Shown here: positions 1 through 9,674 of the stretch, piece after piece
How the letters are laid out: each line of letters begins with the position of its first letter
How positions within the stretch are numbered: position 1 is the stretch's first letter
NCBI GenBank assembly: GCA_965215265.1
Contig: OZ244048.1
Location: forward strand, 3,648,001 to 3,712,000
Direction of reading: 5' to 3'
DNA: 64,000 nucleotides
Source: Candidatus Poribacteria bacterium
GTDB taxonomy: Bacteria; Poribacteria; WGA-4E; WGA-3G
Made by a program: the position numbers and the translations under genes
The notes under the pieces: model-generated
Databases searched by the model: none
What the model was told of the DNA's origin: nothing
The model's input: only the letters and a program-made list of their open reading frames with translations

Positions 1-2042
1 TTACCATGAGTCCTTTTTCAGGGTCAAAAGAAAATATCTGTATTATCGAATCAAATTGGGGATTAGGCGAATCAGTTGTCTCCGGCGCAATGACTCCAGA
101 CAACTTTCATGTCTCGCGAGAAACGGGGGAAATTGTAAAAAAAAATGTTGCTCTGAAACAGGAGATGATAACGGCCTCTGGTGTCAGTGAGGTACCATCT
201 GCTCAACAGAATATTCCGAGTTTAACAGATGTACAGTTGAAACGTCTTGCACAACTCGGAATAGAGGTAGAGGCCTTCTACGAACAGCCAATGGATATTG
301 AATGGGCACTCACAGACGGAGAATTTGTTTTATTGCAAGCGCGTTCTATTACCGGGCAAGTTACGACACACGCTCCAAAAGCGGTTGAAGCGCTGCGACA
401 GGCAGAAATTCAGCGGTTAGAAAAATGCGTCAATGCCTCTAGAATTGTTTGGAGCCATCACAATCTCGCCGAGGTTTTGCCTGCGCCGTTCCCCATGACC
501 TGGGCAATTATTAAAGAATTTATGTCCGGCTCCGGCGGATTGGGCATGGCCTATCGCAGCTTAGGGTTCTATCCGAGCAAGCGCGTTGATAAAATGGGTA
601 TTCTCGATTTAGTCTGCGGGCGAATTTACGTTAATTTGAATCGTGAGGCAGAACTCTTCTTTGATGGCTTTCCGTTTGTACACGATTTTGAGGCACTCAA
701 ACAGCACCCGCAAAAGGCAATGTATGCTCAAGCTGCCCCTAACATCAGCGAAAGTTCCGCCTCATTTTGGTTCAAACTACCTCTACACATCGTCCGAATG
801 AGCAAGGCAGAATTGCGTTTAAGAAAACAGCGTGCCGATTTCGACAAGTTTTTGACGGCGGAGATATTCCCACAGTTTCAGGCTGCTGCTGAAGCCGAAC
901 GCCAATGCGTTTATACGGACTTGTCGAACGCTGAATTAGTTCAGAAGTTCCAGACGTGGCGTGACAAAACCTTGAATGAATTTGCCCCACAAGCATTGAT
1001 AGCAACCCTACTCGCCGGTTTTTCACTACAGCGGCTACAAGCCGCACTTCAAAAATGTACCGATGAAGCATCCGCAGCAGTTCTCTTACAAAAACTCATC
1101 GGGGGGCTGTCGGACAATCTGACTGTCAAAACGAACGAGAAATTGTGGCAGGTGGCAGCGGGTGAATTTACACTTGCCGATTTCTTAAACGAGGCAGGGC
1201 ATCGTGCGGTTGGAGAATTTGAATTGGCACAACCGCGTTGGCGCGAAGATAGCGCCTACCTGGAACAGGTTATTGCATCCTTCCGCACGTCTGGTGCTAC
1301 AGATACACCTCAACACTATACTTTGCAAAAACAACGAGAACAACGTGAAGAAGCAGAAGAAAGCCTCGCAGTACTGCTAACAAAGCACAATCGTGTAAAA
1401 AAACAGATCGAGCAAGAACTCGCTTTTACACGCCGCTATATGCCTTTCCGTGAGACAGCGAAATTTTACCTGATGCTCGGTTACGAACAGATTCGACGCA
1501 CCTTAGTTGAACTCGATAAACGCTATAGACTTGACAGTGGAATCTTCTATTTGATACCTGATGAACTACCACAACTTATTAATGGGGAGGATGTCTGTAA
1601 TATCATTGCAGAACGCAAATCCCAGCGGGAGCTGCTGCTGCAGATTGAGCTTCCGGATGTGCTTTTTAGTGATTCACTGGATAGTATCGGACTTCGGGTC
1701 TCAGAAAAATTGACAGCAAATTCCGAAACATATACCGGTACAGGCGTATCAGCAGGCGTAGCGATAGGCACCGCACGTGTACTTTTGAATCCTGCTGATG
1801 TGCTTCCGACAGACAGGGATTATATCTTGGTCTGTCCTTCTACAGATCCTGCGTGGACACCCCTATTTCTATATGCCGCGGGACTTGTGATGGAACGAGG
1901 TGGATTGCTCTCGCACGGGGCAGTGGTTGCAAGAGAGTACGGTGTTCCGGCTGTCGTCAACATTCCGGACGCGACGCGCAAAATCTCTGATGGACAAGAA
2001 CTACGTGTGGATGGAGACCAAGGTACCGTTTCGATTCTTTAG
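1..2042 (+). CDS. PEP-synthase/rifamycin-phosphotransferase-like protein (ATP-grasp, central domain, C-terminal phospho-His swivel domain); 5'-truncated by window edge
   Basis: Motifs IESNWGLGESVVSG, PMDIEWA, LLQARSIT (PPDK_N) and TDPAWTPLF...GGLLSHGAVVAREYGVPAVV (PEP-utiliser mobile domain); the frame lacks the N-terminal part of the ATP-grasp domain. Confidence 0.85.
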   Translation, partial: TMSPFSGSKENICIIESNWGLGESVVSGAMTPDNFHVSRETGEIVKKNVALKQEMITASGVSEVPSAQQNIPSLTDVQLKRLAQLGIEVEAFYEQPMDIEWALTDGEFVLLQARSITGQVTTHAPKAVEALRQAEIQRLEKCVNASRIVWSHHNLAEVLPAPFPMTWAIIKEFMSGSGGLGMAYRSLGFYPSKRVDKMGILDLVCGRIYVNLNREAELFFDGFPFVHDFEALKQHPQKAMYAQAAPNISESSASFWFKLPLHIVRMSKAELRLRKQRADFDKFLTAEIFPQFQAAAEAERQCVYTDLSNAELVQKFQTWRDKTLNEFAPQALIATLLAGFSLQRLQAALQKCTDEASAAVLLQKLIGGLSDNLTVKTNEKLWQVAAGEFTLADFLNEAGHRAVGEFELAQPRWREDSAYLEQVIASFRTSGATDTPQHYTLQKQREQREEAEESLAVLLTKHNRVKKQIEQELAFTRRYMPFRETAKFYLMLGYEQIRRTLVELDKRYRLDSGIFYLIPDELPQLINGEDVCNIIAERKSQRELLLQIELPDVLFSDSLDSIGLRVSEKLTANSETYTGTGVSAGVAIGTARVLLNPADVLPTDRDYILVCPSTDPAWTPLFLYAAGLVMERGGLLSHGAVVAREYGVPAVVNIPDATRKISDGQELRVDGDQGTVSIL

Positions 2043-2056
2043 GATTAGTAGGATCC

Positions 2057-3193
2057 ATGAAAATAAAGCACTGCGAATTCCAATATCCAATCACTCAACT
2101 TGCTCAGCGTCAGAACTATTCACTGAGACGACACAGCGGCCGAAAAAAGACACGAAACGCATTTCTGAGTTCTCTGATTATTCATGCAATCGTGCTCGGG
2201 TTGCTCAGCTTCAGCTACGTTAAATGGTATAAACCGATGCTGCCCTCAGAACCACTTGTGTCTGAAGCAATTACGGTAACGGAACTTCAACGTTTCCATA
2301 TAACAAGTTTCCGGAAACGTTCAATGCCTGCAGCACGGCGTTCACGTCCCACAGCACCTGCCGTCCGGGACACCGCGGCACCGATGCGTCCGATGGAAGC
2401 GGCACATTCGATAACAGCACGTACGGCAATGCCCAGTACACAGACAGCGGCACGTTTACCGATGACAGAGACATCCATTGATACGCTGAATGCAGAATTG
2501 AAACCACTTGCAACAGCCGATGTAAAGCCGGAGCAGCTGGTAAGTTCTAATTTGCTAAATGTTTTGAAGATGCAAGAACCGTCTAAAATGACACAGCAAA
2601 CGGGTACAGTGGAATCTAAACCGTTCCTTGGTCTCATTGATAGAGATGCACATATCGGTGAGGCATTGGAAGGCATAGCAGAAAGCATTGCGGATGGCAC
2701 TAGCGAGCCGGTTGCCGTTGACACTGTTTTTTTACTTGACATTAGTGGGAGTATGATAGATAATATCCGTGCAGTTGGTAGACAACTCACCCGCATGGTA
2801 GAGGTATTTGAGGAGAAAAACGTTGATTTTACTCTCGGTATTGTTATTTTTAGATACCTTGAGGGTGATACGATCATCCATCCACAGACAAAAGATGCTG
2901 AGAGATATAAACGACTACTGACCTCTCACGTGGTCGCAGCAGCCGGTGATGAAAGAGCACACAACGCTATCATGAAAACAATTCGCCGTGTCAATTTTAG
3001 AGAGGGAGCAAACCGCAGGTTCATCCTCGTTACTGATGAACCAAGTAAAGGTTCTTATTCATTATCAGAGGTGCTTGTTCAGTGTTTGAAACAGAAAATT
3101 GTGGTAGATGTTATCGGTATTAACGATACTTCTCACAAAGCACTCACCGTTAAAACCGGGGGACTCTGGTTCCCCATTCCGAAACAGGAGTAG
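2057..3193 (+). CDS. Membrane-anchored von Willebrand factor A domain protein
   Basis: N-terminal TM helix (AFLSSLIIHAIVLGLL), Pro/Ala/Thr-rich linker, MIDAS motif DISGS and ILVTDE. Confidence 0.85.
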   Translation: MKIKHCEFQYPITQLAQRQNYSLRRHSGRKKTRNAFLSSLIIHAIVLGLLSFSYVKWYKPMLPSEPLVSEAITVTELQRFHITSFRKRSMPAARRSRPTAPAVRDTAAPMRPMEAAHSITARTAMPSTQTAARLPMTETSIDTLNAELKPLATADVKPEQLVSSNLLNVLKMQEPSKMTQQTGTVESKPFLGLIDRDAHIGEALEGIAESIADGTSEPVAVDTVFLLDISGSMIDNIRAVGRQLTRMVEVFEEKNVDFTLGIVIFRYLEGDTIIHPQTKDAERYKRLLTSHVVAAAGDERAHNAIMKTIRRVNFREGANRRFILVTDEPSKGSYSLSEVLVQCLKQKIVVDVIGINDTSHKALTVKTGGLWFPIPKQE

Positions 3194-3196
3194 AGT

Positions 3197-3964
3197 TTGA
3201 TGAAATGGGCATTGAATACATATCAAACGTGTCAGGAGTGGGAGCTTGCACGGATACTTGAAACCGCTGAAGCTACGGGGTATCACGGTGTTGAACTCCT
3301 CATGGATTACCAACAAAAACATGGTTTTGAATGGAATACACCGAAAGAGGAGTGGGCAGGATTAAAAACACAAGTTGATTCAAGCCGGGTCGTTATCTCT
3401 TCACTGACGAGCTGCCAAAATTTCCATTCTGCTCAGGCTGCTGACCGGGAAGAGAGCATCCGGCGCATCATGCGTGTGATTGATATGGCAGAATTTATGG
3501 ACTGCAACCACGTCCGGGTCCTCGGAGATCGGTATACTGAGGATACTCGTGATGCTGTCATCCGGTACGTCACAGAAGGCTTGAAAGCCTCAGGAAACTA
3601 TGCTGGGGAAAAGGACATTACTGTCTCTATTGAGATGCACGGTTCTTTCACCGATCCGGATTCCGCGATGCAGGTGATTGAAAACGTGAATTTACCCAAC
3701 GTTGGCTTTGTCTTCAATTCGCAATTTGTTGGCTGTGATGAAGGCAGTATTGAACCACTCTTTTCCCGCGTAGCAACCTACATCACTGCTGTGCATACAC
3801 ACCGGGTAGAAGAACCGGAAACATTTGAATTGTATCGTCAAATGTTTGGATGGCTTAAACGCATCGGCTTCTCTGGCTACATTTCCAATGAGTGCGCGTA
3901 TACCGGCCCGGATGCGGAGAAGGTTCTCGCTCTCTACGTTGGACTTTTCAAAGCCTTTATCTGA
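3197..3964 (+). CDS. Sugar phosphate isomerase/epimerase (xylose-isomerase-like TIM barrel)
   Basis: GYHGVEL, SIEMHG, GFSGYISNE motifs; AGGAG RBS upstream. Confidence 0.8.
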   Translation: MMKWALNTYQTCQEWELARILETAEATGYHGVELLMDYQQKHGFEWNTPKEEWAGLKTQVDSSRVVISSLTSCQNFHSAQAADREESIRRIMRVIDMAEFMDCNHVRVLGDRYTEDTRDAVIRYVTEGLKASGNYAGEKDITVSIEMHGSFTDPDSAMQVIENVNLPNVGFVFNSQFVGCDEGSIEPLFSRVATYITAVHTHRVEEPETFELYRQMFGWLKRIGFSGYISNECAYTGPDAEKVLALYVGLFKAFI

Positions 3965-3968
3965 AAAC

Positions 3969-5342
3969 ATGAAGAGTTCACAATCTGCACATCTCTATAG
4001 GCGGGTAGCAATTCCACTTGCCTTCCTTAATGAAACATCTGGAAAGAGGTGGGGCGGCGATATCCGTATCGGGGACTTGACAGGTGATGGAAATGCCGAT
4101 CTTCTGGTTTACAAATCCATCGGGGGTATCCATCCATGCTTTCTTGGGGCGTTTACACTCGAAGGTGAGCCGATCTGGGCATTCGGTAATAAGCATCTTA
4201 CACTCCAAGACGCTGACGATGAAACATCTGTCCTAGAAACACTCTCGCCCGAACGTCCCGGTCCTGTTGCGATTTATGATATCGACGCGGACGGAAAAGC
4301 AGAGGTTATCTGTTTTTGGCTTAGTTCAAAGGCGAGACAAGCGAGCAAATGGAGTCTATCTGCAATTCAGTTGCTGATTTTAGACGGCGCGACCGGTGCG
4401 GTTAAACACAGTAGCACACCTGACGAACTTCGGCACTGTAACGCTTATGCAGAAGGTGAACTGCACATTCCAAACTATGTACATCAACGTTTGATGATTG
4501 CCAATCTTTGTGGCAATGCCCAAGCCCAAGATTTTGTCGTTAAGGTTGGGGTTGCTGTGCTCGCCTTTAACCACGAACTTGAGTTACTGTGGCAACATAC
4601 GGATCGGTGGTTCCGTTACCCGCGCCACTCAGCGTATATCCCCGCTGTTGGGGACATCAACGGCGACGGGCTTGATGAAGTCAACGGTGGCAATTTCGGG
4701 CTAGCTGCCGATGGAACGGTACTCTGGGATAAGTACCTTGGCGATAACATGGACTCAGTCCTAGTTGAAGAATGGGGCGAGAATAGCAGAGATGCCAAAG
4801 CAGCTATCCTCTCTGGAGGGGGCCAGGTCCTCCGTAGCGATGGTACGTCGGTTTTCTCGCTGGGGCTCGAAACAGTGCCGCATGGACAAGAAATTCGGTG
4901 CGGTAACCTCCTCACAGACTCATCAGGGCGCGAACTTGTTGTCCGTTATAACGGACACAAGCCAGAACTGATGGTGGTAGACAACAGCGGGCAGATTCGG
5001 AGCCGGTTTCGCGTTGAGGAAGCGCCAAACAATACAGGCTTAGAGATTATCCGTTGGAATGGATTAGGTAATGCTGAATTAATTTATAGTCCCGCGGCGC
5101 TCTATGATGCATACGGGAATAAAGTGGTGACGTTTCCGGAACTCCCGCCACCAACTGGTGGCAAAATGGGGTGGTACCACTGCTTTCCTGCTGATGTCTG
5201 TGGAGACGAACGGGAAGAGGTTATCTTATATGACCCTTACAGTGACACGGTCTATATCTATACGCCAAAACCTTTTAATCCCAACCAATTTAAGGGCTAT
5301 AAGCACACGGAACGGCAGTACAACGCCCGGTTAATGGACTAA
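3969..5342 (+). CDS. FG-GAP repeat beta-propeller protein, rhamnogalacturonan lyase family 11-like
   Basis: Repeated Ca-binding motifs GDLTGDG, YDIDADG, GDINGDG, ADVCGDEREE; ATG at 3969 preferred over the overlapping upstream start. Confidence 0.7.
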   Translation: MKSSQSAHLYRRVAIPLAFLNETSGKRWGGDIRIGDLTGDGNADLLVYKSIGGIHPCFLGAFTLEGEPIWAFGNKHLTLQDADDETSVLETLSPERPGPVAIYDIDADGKAEVICFWLSSKARQASKWSLSAIQLLILDGATGAVKHSSTPDELRHCNAYAEGELHIPNYVHQRLMIANLCGNAQAQDFVVKVGVAVLAFNHELELLWQHTDRWFRYPRHSAYIPAVGDINGDGLDEVNGGNFGLAADGTVLWDKYLGDNMDSVLVEEWGENSRDAKAAILSGGGQVLRSDGTSVFSLGLETVPHGQEIRCGNLLTDSSGRELVVRYNGHKPELMVVDNSGQIRSRFRVEEAPNNTGLEIIRWNGLGNAELIYSPAALYDAYGNKVVTFPELPPPTGGKMGWYHCFPADVCGDEREEVILYDPYSDTVYIYTPKPFNPNQFKGYKHTERQYNARLMD

Positions 5343-5350
5343 GAAACAAC

Positions 5351-6604
5351 ATGGTTAATAAATTTCTGCTTGTCTCTATTGATTGCTGGCGGTTTGACGC
5401 ACTCAGCTGCACCAATCCACGTTTCAATACCCCAAAATTTGACCTGCTCACTCAGGAATTCTCCCTCGCTGAGAGGTTTTTCGTCACTGCACCAGCAACC
5501 CGGCCCTCGCATACGTCATACTTTACAGGACTTTATCCGTTTGAACATGGGGTTTACGGGCAGACCTACCTCAAAATGTTTCAAGGTATACCCCATCTAT
5601 TTCAACTCTTTAAAGATGCAGGCTATCACATCACCGGCAGATCGGAGCGCCCGGAGGTATTTCGCTTTCTCGATTTTGAGCCGTTTATTACTGCACTAGA
5701 CCCGCGTGCCAAAGCACAACATCTCGGTGCACTTGAAGACCTTCTTGAGCACCTCGTGCAGCCCTCAGATACACCACAATTCTGTTTCCTTCATTTTTGG
5801 TATACGCACGGCGGATACGGCATGTCAGGTATACCGAATGCCCCAAATTTTAAATCACTCGTGGAGAGTAGGAGAACAGATGAGGCATTGCGTTTTTATT
5901 ACGCCGCTGTGACACATATACTTGAATTTAAACTGGTTGAAATTCTGAAACACCTTTCGCTTTCTGAATGGGCGATCTTTATCTTCGGCGACCACGGCGA
6001 AGGGATTTGTGAGGAAATTATCGCACATGGAGACACCCTCAATCAGAACGTGCTGCATGTACCGCTTTTAGTGCATATCCCCAACTATGAAGTGTTGGAA
6101 TTTCCTAACGCTCCACTATCTTCATTGGACCTGTTCCCGACACTCACGAACCTCGCCGGTATTGACGTAGATTATAAAGGATATGGACACAATCTACTAA
6201 ACCCATCGGAAATTGATAACCGAGCATTGGTTTTGTCAGAGTTGGATAGTCTGTACGGCATCGGTTTCCTCAGTCGGAGTAACTTAGAAATGCCACATAA
6301 CCGCGTGACCTCCCGTACATCGGTCGATAACATAGAAATCAATAGATACTCAGAAGGAGTCCGACTCTGGTCACTTACGGATGGCGATCATCTCTATCGG
6401 GAAGACGAACAAACCGGCGAATTTGTGTATAGAAAGGTAAAGAGCGGAGAAGATATCGTGTGCGGAGATCCGCAGCGATTTCGTGAGGCTTATGACGATA
6501 TTTTGATGAATTCCAACTATCAGCACCTTCAGGCTCAAGAAACGACCTCAGAAGAGACCCAAATATTGGAAGGAAGACTAAGGGATTTAGGGTACGTTGA
6601 GTAG
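5351..6604 (+). CDS. Sulfatase-like alkaline-phosphatase-superfamily hydrolase/transferase with Thr at the nucleophile position
   Basis: SIDCWRFD, ATRPSHTSYFTGLYP, GDHGE, LHVPLL and C-terminal RLRDLGY motifs. Confidence 0.8.
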   Translation: MVNKFLLVSIDCWRFDALSCTNPRFNTPKFDLLTQEFSLAERFFVTAPATRPSHTSYFTGLYPFEHGVYGQTYLKMFQGIPHLFQLFKDAGYHITGRSERPEVFRFLDFEPFITALDPRAKAQHLGALEDLLEHLVQPSDTPQFCFLHFWYTHGGYGMSGIPNAPNFKSLVESRRTDEALRFYYAAVTHILEFKLVEILKHLSLSEWAIFIFGDHGEGICEEIIAHGDTLNQNVLHVPLLVHIPNYEVLEFPNAPLSSLDLFPTLTNLAGIDVDYKGYGHNLLNPSEIDNRALVLSELDSLYGIGFLSRSNLEMPHNRVTSRTSVDNIEINRYSEGVRLWSLTDGDHLYREDEQTGEFVYRKVKSGEDIVCGDPQRFREAYDDILMNSNYQHLQAQETTSEETQILEGRLRDLGYVE

Positions 6605-6616
6605 ATTGTTCAATTT

Positions 6617-7108
6617 CTAAGACGGAGACAGTTCATGAATTGTCACATCCAGTGATTTCAATTCTACAACGGCTACCGTTGATTTACCAGTTGTCCACCC
6701 ACCTGTTTCCCCTGGATTAAGTAAAAGCGACTTTTCGTTGCAGATATCAATCTTATGGGTGTGGCCATAAACGACAATATCGTAAGTACCACCCCTTGCA
6801 ATCGGAATAGCGAGCTCCGGATAGTGCATAACAGCGATATTCCGCTCTCCAAGGGAAACGTTGGCTAAGTTGGGGTGTACCTCCCCGATGGTTTCAAACC
6901 GTTGTGCAATAATAACGCGTTCCCCGTCATTATTGCCGAACACTCCCACGACGCGGCAATTCAGATTAGCTAGAGGGGTAATGGCAAACGGGGCGATAAA
7001 ATCACCCGCGTGCACAACCAAATCAACGCCGATATCGTTGAAGAGGACAACAGCACGTTCGATTTGGGGAATGTTGTCGTGACTATCGGACATAACACCG
7101 AGTTTCAT
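6617..7108 (-). CDS. YfcE/MJ0936-family metallophosphoesterase
   Basis: SDSHDN, HAGD, GNND, YGHTH, LLNPGE motifs; start reassigned to MKLGVMSD. Confidence 0.9.
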   Translation of the reverse strand: MKLGVMSDSHDNIPQIERAVVLFNDIGVDLVVHAGDFIAPFAITPLANLNCRVVGVFGNNDGERVIIAQRFETIGEVHPNLANVSLGERNIAVMHYPELAIPIARGGTYDIVVYGHTHKIDICNEKSLLLNPGETGGWTTGKSTVAVVELKSLDVTIHELSPS

Positions 7109-7130
7109 GTGAGATTTTCCTTTTTTTGAT

Positions 7131-7991
7131 TTAGAGAGTTTTGCGGATTTGTTCAAATAACTCAGTATTGGGATGCCCTTGATAGAGGACAACACAGTAC
7201 CGTAACCTCAGGTTATCATCGTCGGCAAGTTTAATAGGTTTATAGTAGGCAGGAGAAGGATGGATAAGGGAGTAATGCTGCCGATTCCGCACCCACCACG
7301 TTGTCGGATAGCGCGGATTTTCCGGATTATCAATGATAGCAGCCCCATAAACCTTGCTATCAGCCGGGTGTTTCGCAGTGAAACTGCACCATTGGCTCTG
7401 TTTGCCAAAGATGTCCATAGGTTCTGTGCGGTTGTCTGCGTCCAACAGTTTGCCTGGTGTGAGAACATTATCAAAACGAATAGCTAAACCGCTGTAGAAC
7501 CTGCCATCTGCGCCGGGCTCGCCCCGTCGCAAATCTAAAACGACCTCCCGATCATTGGGTTGGAATGCCAATTCTACGAGAATATGCATAGAATCCTCAG
7601 TAGGCGTGCATACGGTGAGCTGCCGACGTTCTGTCATATACGTTATGCCTTGCCAATCGATCCAAGCATTTTCAGTGATTAAGCTTGCGTGTTCGGCATC
7701 TGCCTTCTGTTCAAAAATGTTTTGATGTACGATTTTTCCGAAACCCGTAGCATCCGCACCAGCAGCGGGTTGCTCCCAAAAATTGACACCGTTAACTTTT
7801 TTCCAAGCCACCCACATTCCTTGATGATGCACGTGGTCACCAGGTTCATTCATCGTCAGCGACGGTGCACCGGGCAATCTCAGTGGGTGACAATACGGAC
7901 GGTTACCCTCTTTAGGAAAGTGGTAACTCAAGACCTGCTGTCCGTTCCACGCGACTGTTAAACTGTATTGTGTTTGCGATAGTGAAAACAT
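7131..7991 (-). CDS. Uncharacterised DUF6807-type (so-called PmoA family) beta-sandwich protein
   Basis: RPYCHPL...PGDHVHHQGMW...VNGVNFWE and DNPENPRYPTTWWVR signatures. Confidence 0.7.
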   Translation of the reverse strand: MFSLSQTQYSLTVAWNGQQVLSYHFPKEGNRPYCHPLRLPGAPSLTMNEPGDHVHHQGMWVAWKKVNGVNFWEQPAAGADATGFGKIVHQNIFEQKADAEHASLITENAWIDWQGITYMTERRQLTVCTPTEDSMHILVELAFQPNDREVVLDLRRGEPGADGRFYSGLAIRFDNVLTPGKLLDADNRTEPMDIFGKQSQWCSFTAKHPADSKVYGAAIIDNPENPRYPTTWWVRNRQHYSLIHPSPAYYKPIKLADDDNLRLRYCVVLYQGHPNTELFEQIRKTL

Positions 7992-8003
7992 TGCTTTTCC
8001 GTT

Positions 8004-8864
8004 TTAGTTAAGGTATGGCTTAACGACCTCGCGTTCCAAAGCTAATCCTTCCCATTCGTCATCGCCCGGTCCATCATAGATAAGGGTGTGTGGTCCAGAA
8101 AAACCAGCTTTCCGGGTCAGTTCCAAGCATTGGACATAATCATCCTTTTCCATCTGGCGCGGTGCAGTGAAATGGGCTTTGGTATGACACGATTCTGCCA
8201 ACGAGGCAATAGCACCCAGGTCATCGTATTTCGTCTCACCACGCCAGTTACCGAAGTCCAAGCAAAGTCCGACCTTTCCATCTAATTCGCCTAAAATAGC
8301 ATTAACGTTGTCAGGCGTGGAAAAGATAGAAAACCAGTTTTCACTCATCAAACGGACACCGACGGTTTCTGCAAGCTTAGCGAGTTGGGCAAGCACATTG
8401 CGGCTTTGTGCAATCGTCGTTTCAGAGGGTGCAGCTTTACCACCGATGACGCGTGCACACTTCGCGTCGAGTTCACCGGCAATATCGAGCCAGGTTTCTA
8501 TCCACGCTATATCGCGTGCTGCTTCGGCTGGATGTGTAATGTCACCGTCGTCAATTAGCAATGAAAAAAGTTCAACATGAGCATCTGCTAAGGCTGCACG
8601 GAGTTCTGACAAGTATGCTCGCTCAACAGAGGGCAAATGGAAGTGGCAAATTTCTAAAGTGTGGATACCAAATTCGGCAACGTGGTTCGGTAATTCCAAC
8701 AAGGAAATGGGACCTTTATTGTGCGTTTCAATAGGAATGTGCATGCCGTTCGCTGGGCCGGTGAACCCGGGCCGTCCAAGTTGCCTGTGCAAACTCCATG
8801 TTGAAACCGAGAGGCGTGGGGAGGAATTCACCCCGCAGGGCGGGGAGAACTTCTTAATTGACAT
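8004..8864 (-). CDS. Sugar phosphate isomerase/epimerase (TIM barrel), N-terminus carries an in-frame palindromic repeat
   Basis: LSVSTWSLH, LEICHFH, LMSENW, LCLDFGNW, CHTK motifs; GGAG RBS 10 nt before ATG 8864. Confidence 0.85.
   Translation of the reverse strand: MSIKKFSPPCGVNSSPRLSVSTWSLHRQLGRPGFTGPANGMHIPIETHNKGPISLLELPNHVAEFGIHTLEICHFHLPSVERAYLSELRAALADAHVELFSLLIDDGDITHPAEAARDIAWIETWLDIAGELDAKCARVIGGKAAPSETTIAQSRNVLAQLAKLAETVGVRLMSENWFSIFSTPDNVNAILGELDGKVGLCLDFGNWRGETKYDDLGAIASLAESCHTKAHFTAPRQMEKDDYVQCLELTRKAGFSGPHTLIYDGPGDDEWEGLALEREVVKPYLN
8821..8860. repeat. 40-bp imperfect palindromic repeat, copy 1 (inside CDS)
   Basis: GAGGAATTCACCCCGCAGGGCGGGGAGAACTTCTTAATTG, identical to 14024-14063. 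Confidence 0.95.
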
Positions 8865-8867
8865 AAT

Positions 8868-9674
8868 TTAAATTCTCCAAAATTGCAGGAATATTCTAGA
8901 AAGTAGTAGGCACACTTCGGTGTGCTGTAACATAACTCCGTAAATAGATTTTAGTATCTCAAGAATATCCTTATGGTGTGAAGGGCTAAGCATCCCGAAA
9001 ACTTTCACCATCTCAATAACTATGCTGGAGTTACTCTGATCTACTACAAATTGTGCTGTTTCTTTTACTTGTGCGATACGACGGATTGGATTTTCACTTG
9101 TCTGAAGTTCTGTTATAGGAAAACATAAGTAAAGCATTGGTTGGACACCAATTGCTCTTTGCTTTTCTCTTATAGTAATCTCTGCACTAATTTCATATTT
9201 TCCAAATTTATATACGAGTTGTGGATAATTCAGGCTTATCCCAAAGAATGTCGTGTTATTGATCTGCTTCTCAATAGGATGCGTTCTAGTTATCTGGCAG
9301 TCCGGGTGATTAGACAGTAGATTTTCTTCCTTCAGTCCAGATAGAAACTCAAGAGTACTCCTTAATTCTGATAAAGTAATTACATCCCAAGAATAGAAGT
9401 GATACAGATATTCGGACAATTCGTACAAGACCTTTTTCTTTCCGTTGTATGCAATGAACGATACATGAGGCAGGGAGGAACTATCCCTTTTCTTGTATTC
9501 TAAATCGTAACCTATTTGCCATTCAACATAATTATTTGGGTTGAAAGGTTCCTTTCTTGTAGCATGCGGCTTGCCATACTCATAAAACATACTTCTTGAC
9601 TTAATTCTTATTTTACCAGTATGGTTTGTCAGAGGAAGATTTACAAGAATTTTCCTATTCTCTTTATCAAACAT
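8868..9674 (-). CDS. R.PabI-family restriction enzyme (HALFPIPE-fold restriction DNA glycosylase)
   Basis: LPLT..TGKIRIKSRS.FYEYG.P.ATR, YVEWQIGYD, KQRAIGVQPMLY and FGMLSPSHHKDIL match my recollection of the PabI family; AT-rich; ATG overlaps the methylase stop. Confidence 0.85.
   Translation of the reverse strand: MFDKENRKILVNLPLTNHTGKIRIKSRSMFYEYGKPHATRKEPFNPNNYVEWQIGYDLEYKKRDSSSLPHVSFIAYNGKKKVLYELSEYLYHFYSWDVITLSELRSTLEFLSGLKEENLLSNHPDCQITRTHPIEKQINNTTFFGISLNYPQLVYKFGKYEISAEITIREKQRAIGVQPMLYLCFPITELQTSENPIRRIAQVKETAQFVVDQSNSSIVIEMVKVFGMLSPSHHKDILEILKSIYGVMLQHTEVCLLLSRIFLQFWRI

Noticed and set aside
7131-7991. Particulate methane monooxygenase subunit
   Set aside because: The family label PmoA is misleading here: the protein is soluble, has no TM helices and has no pmoB/pmoC neighbours
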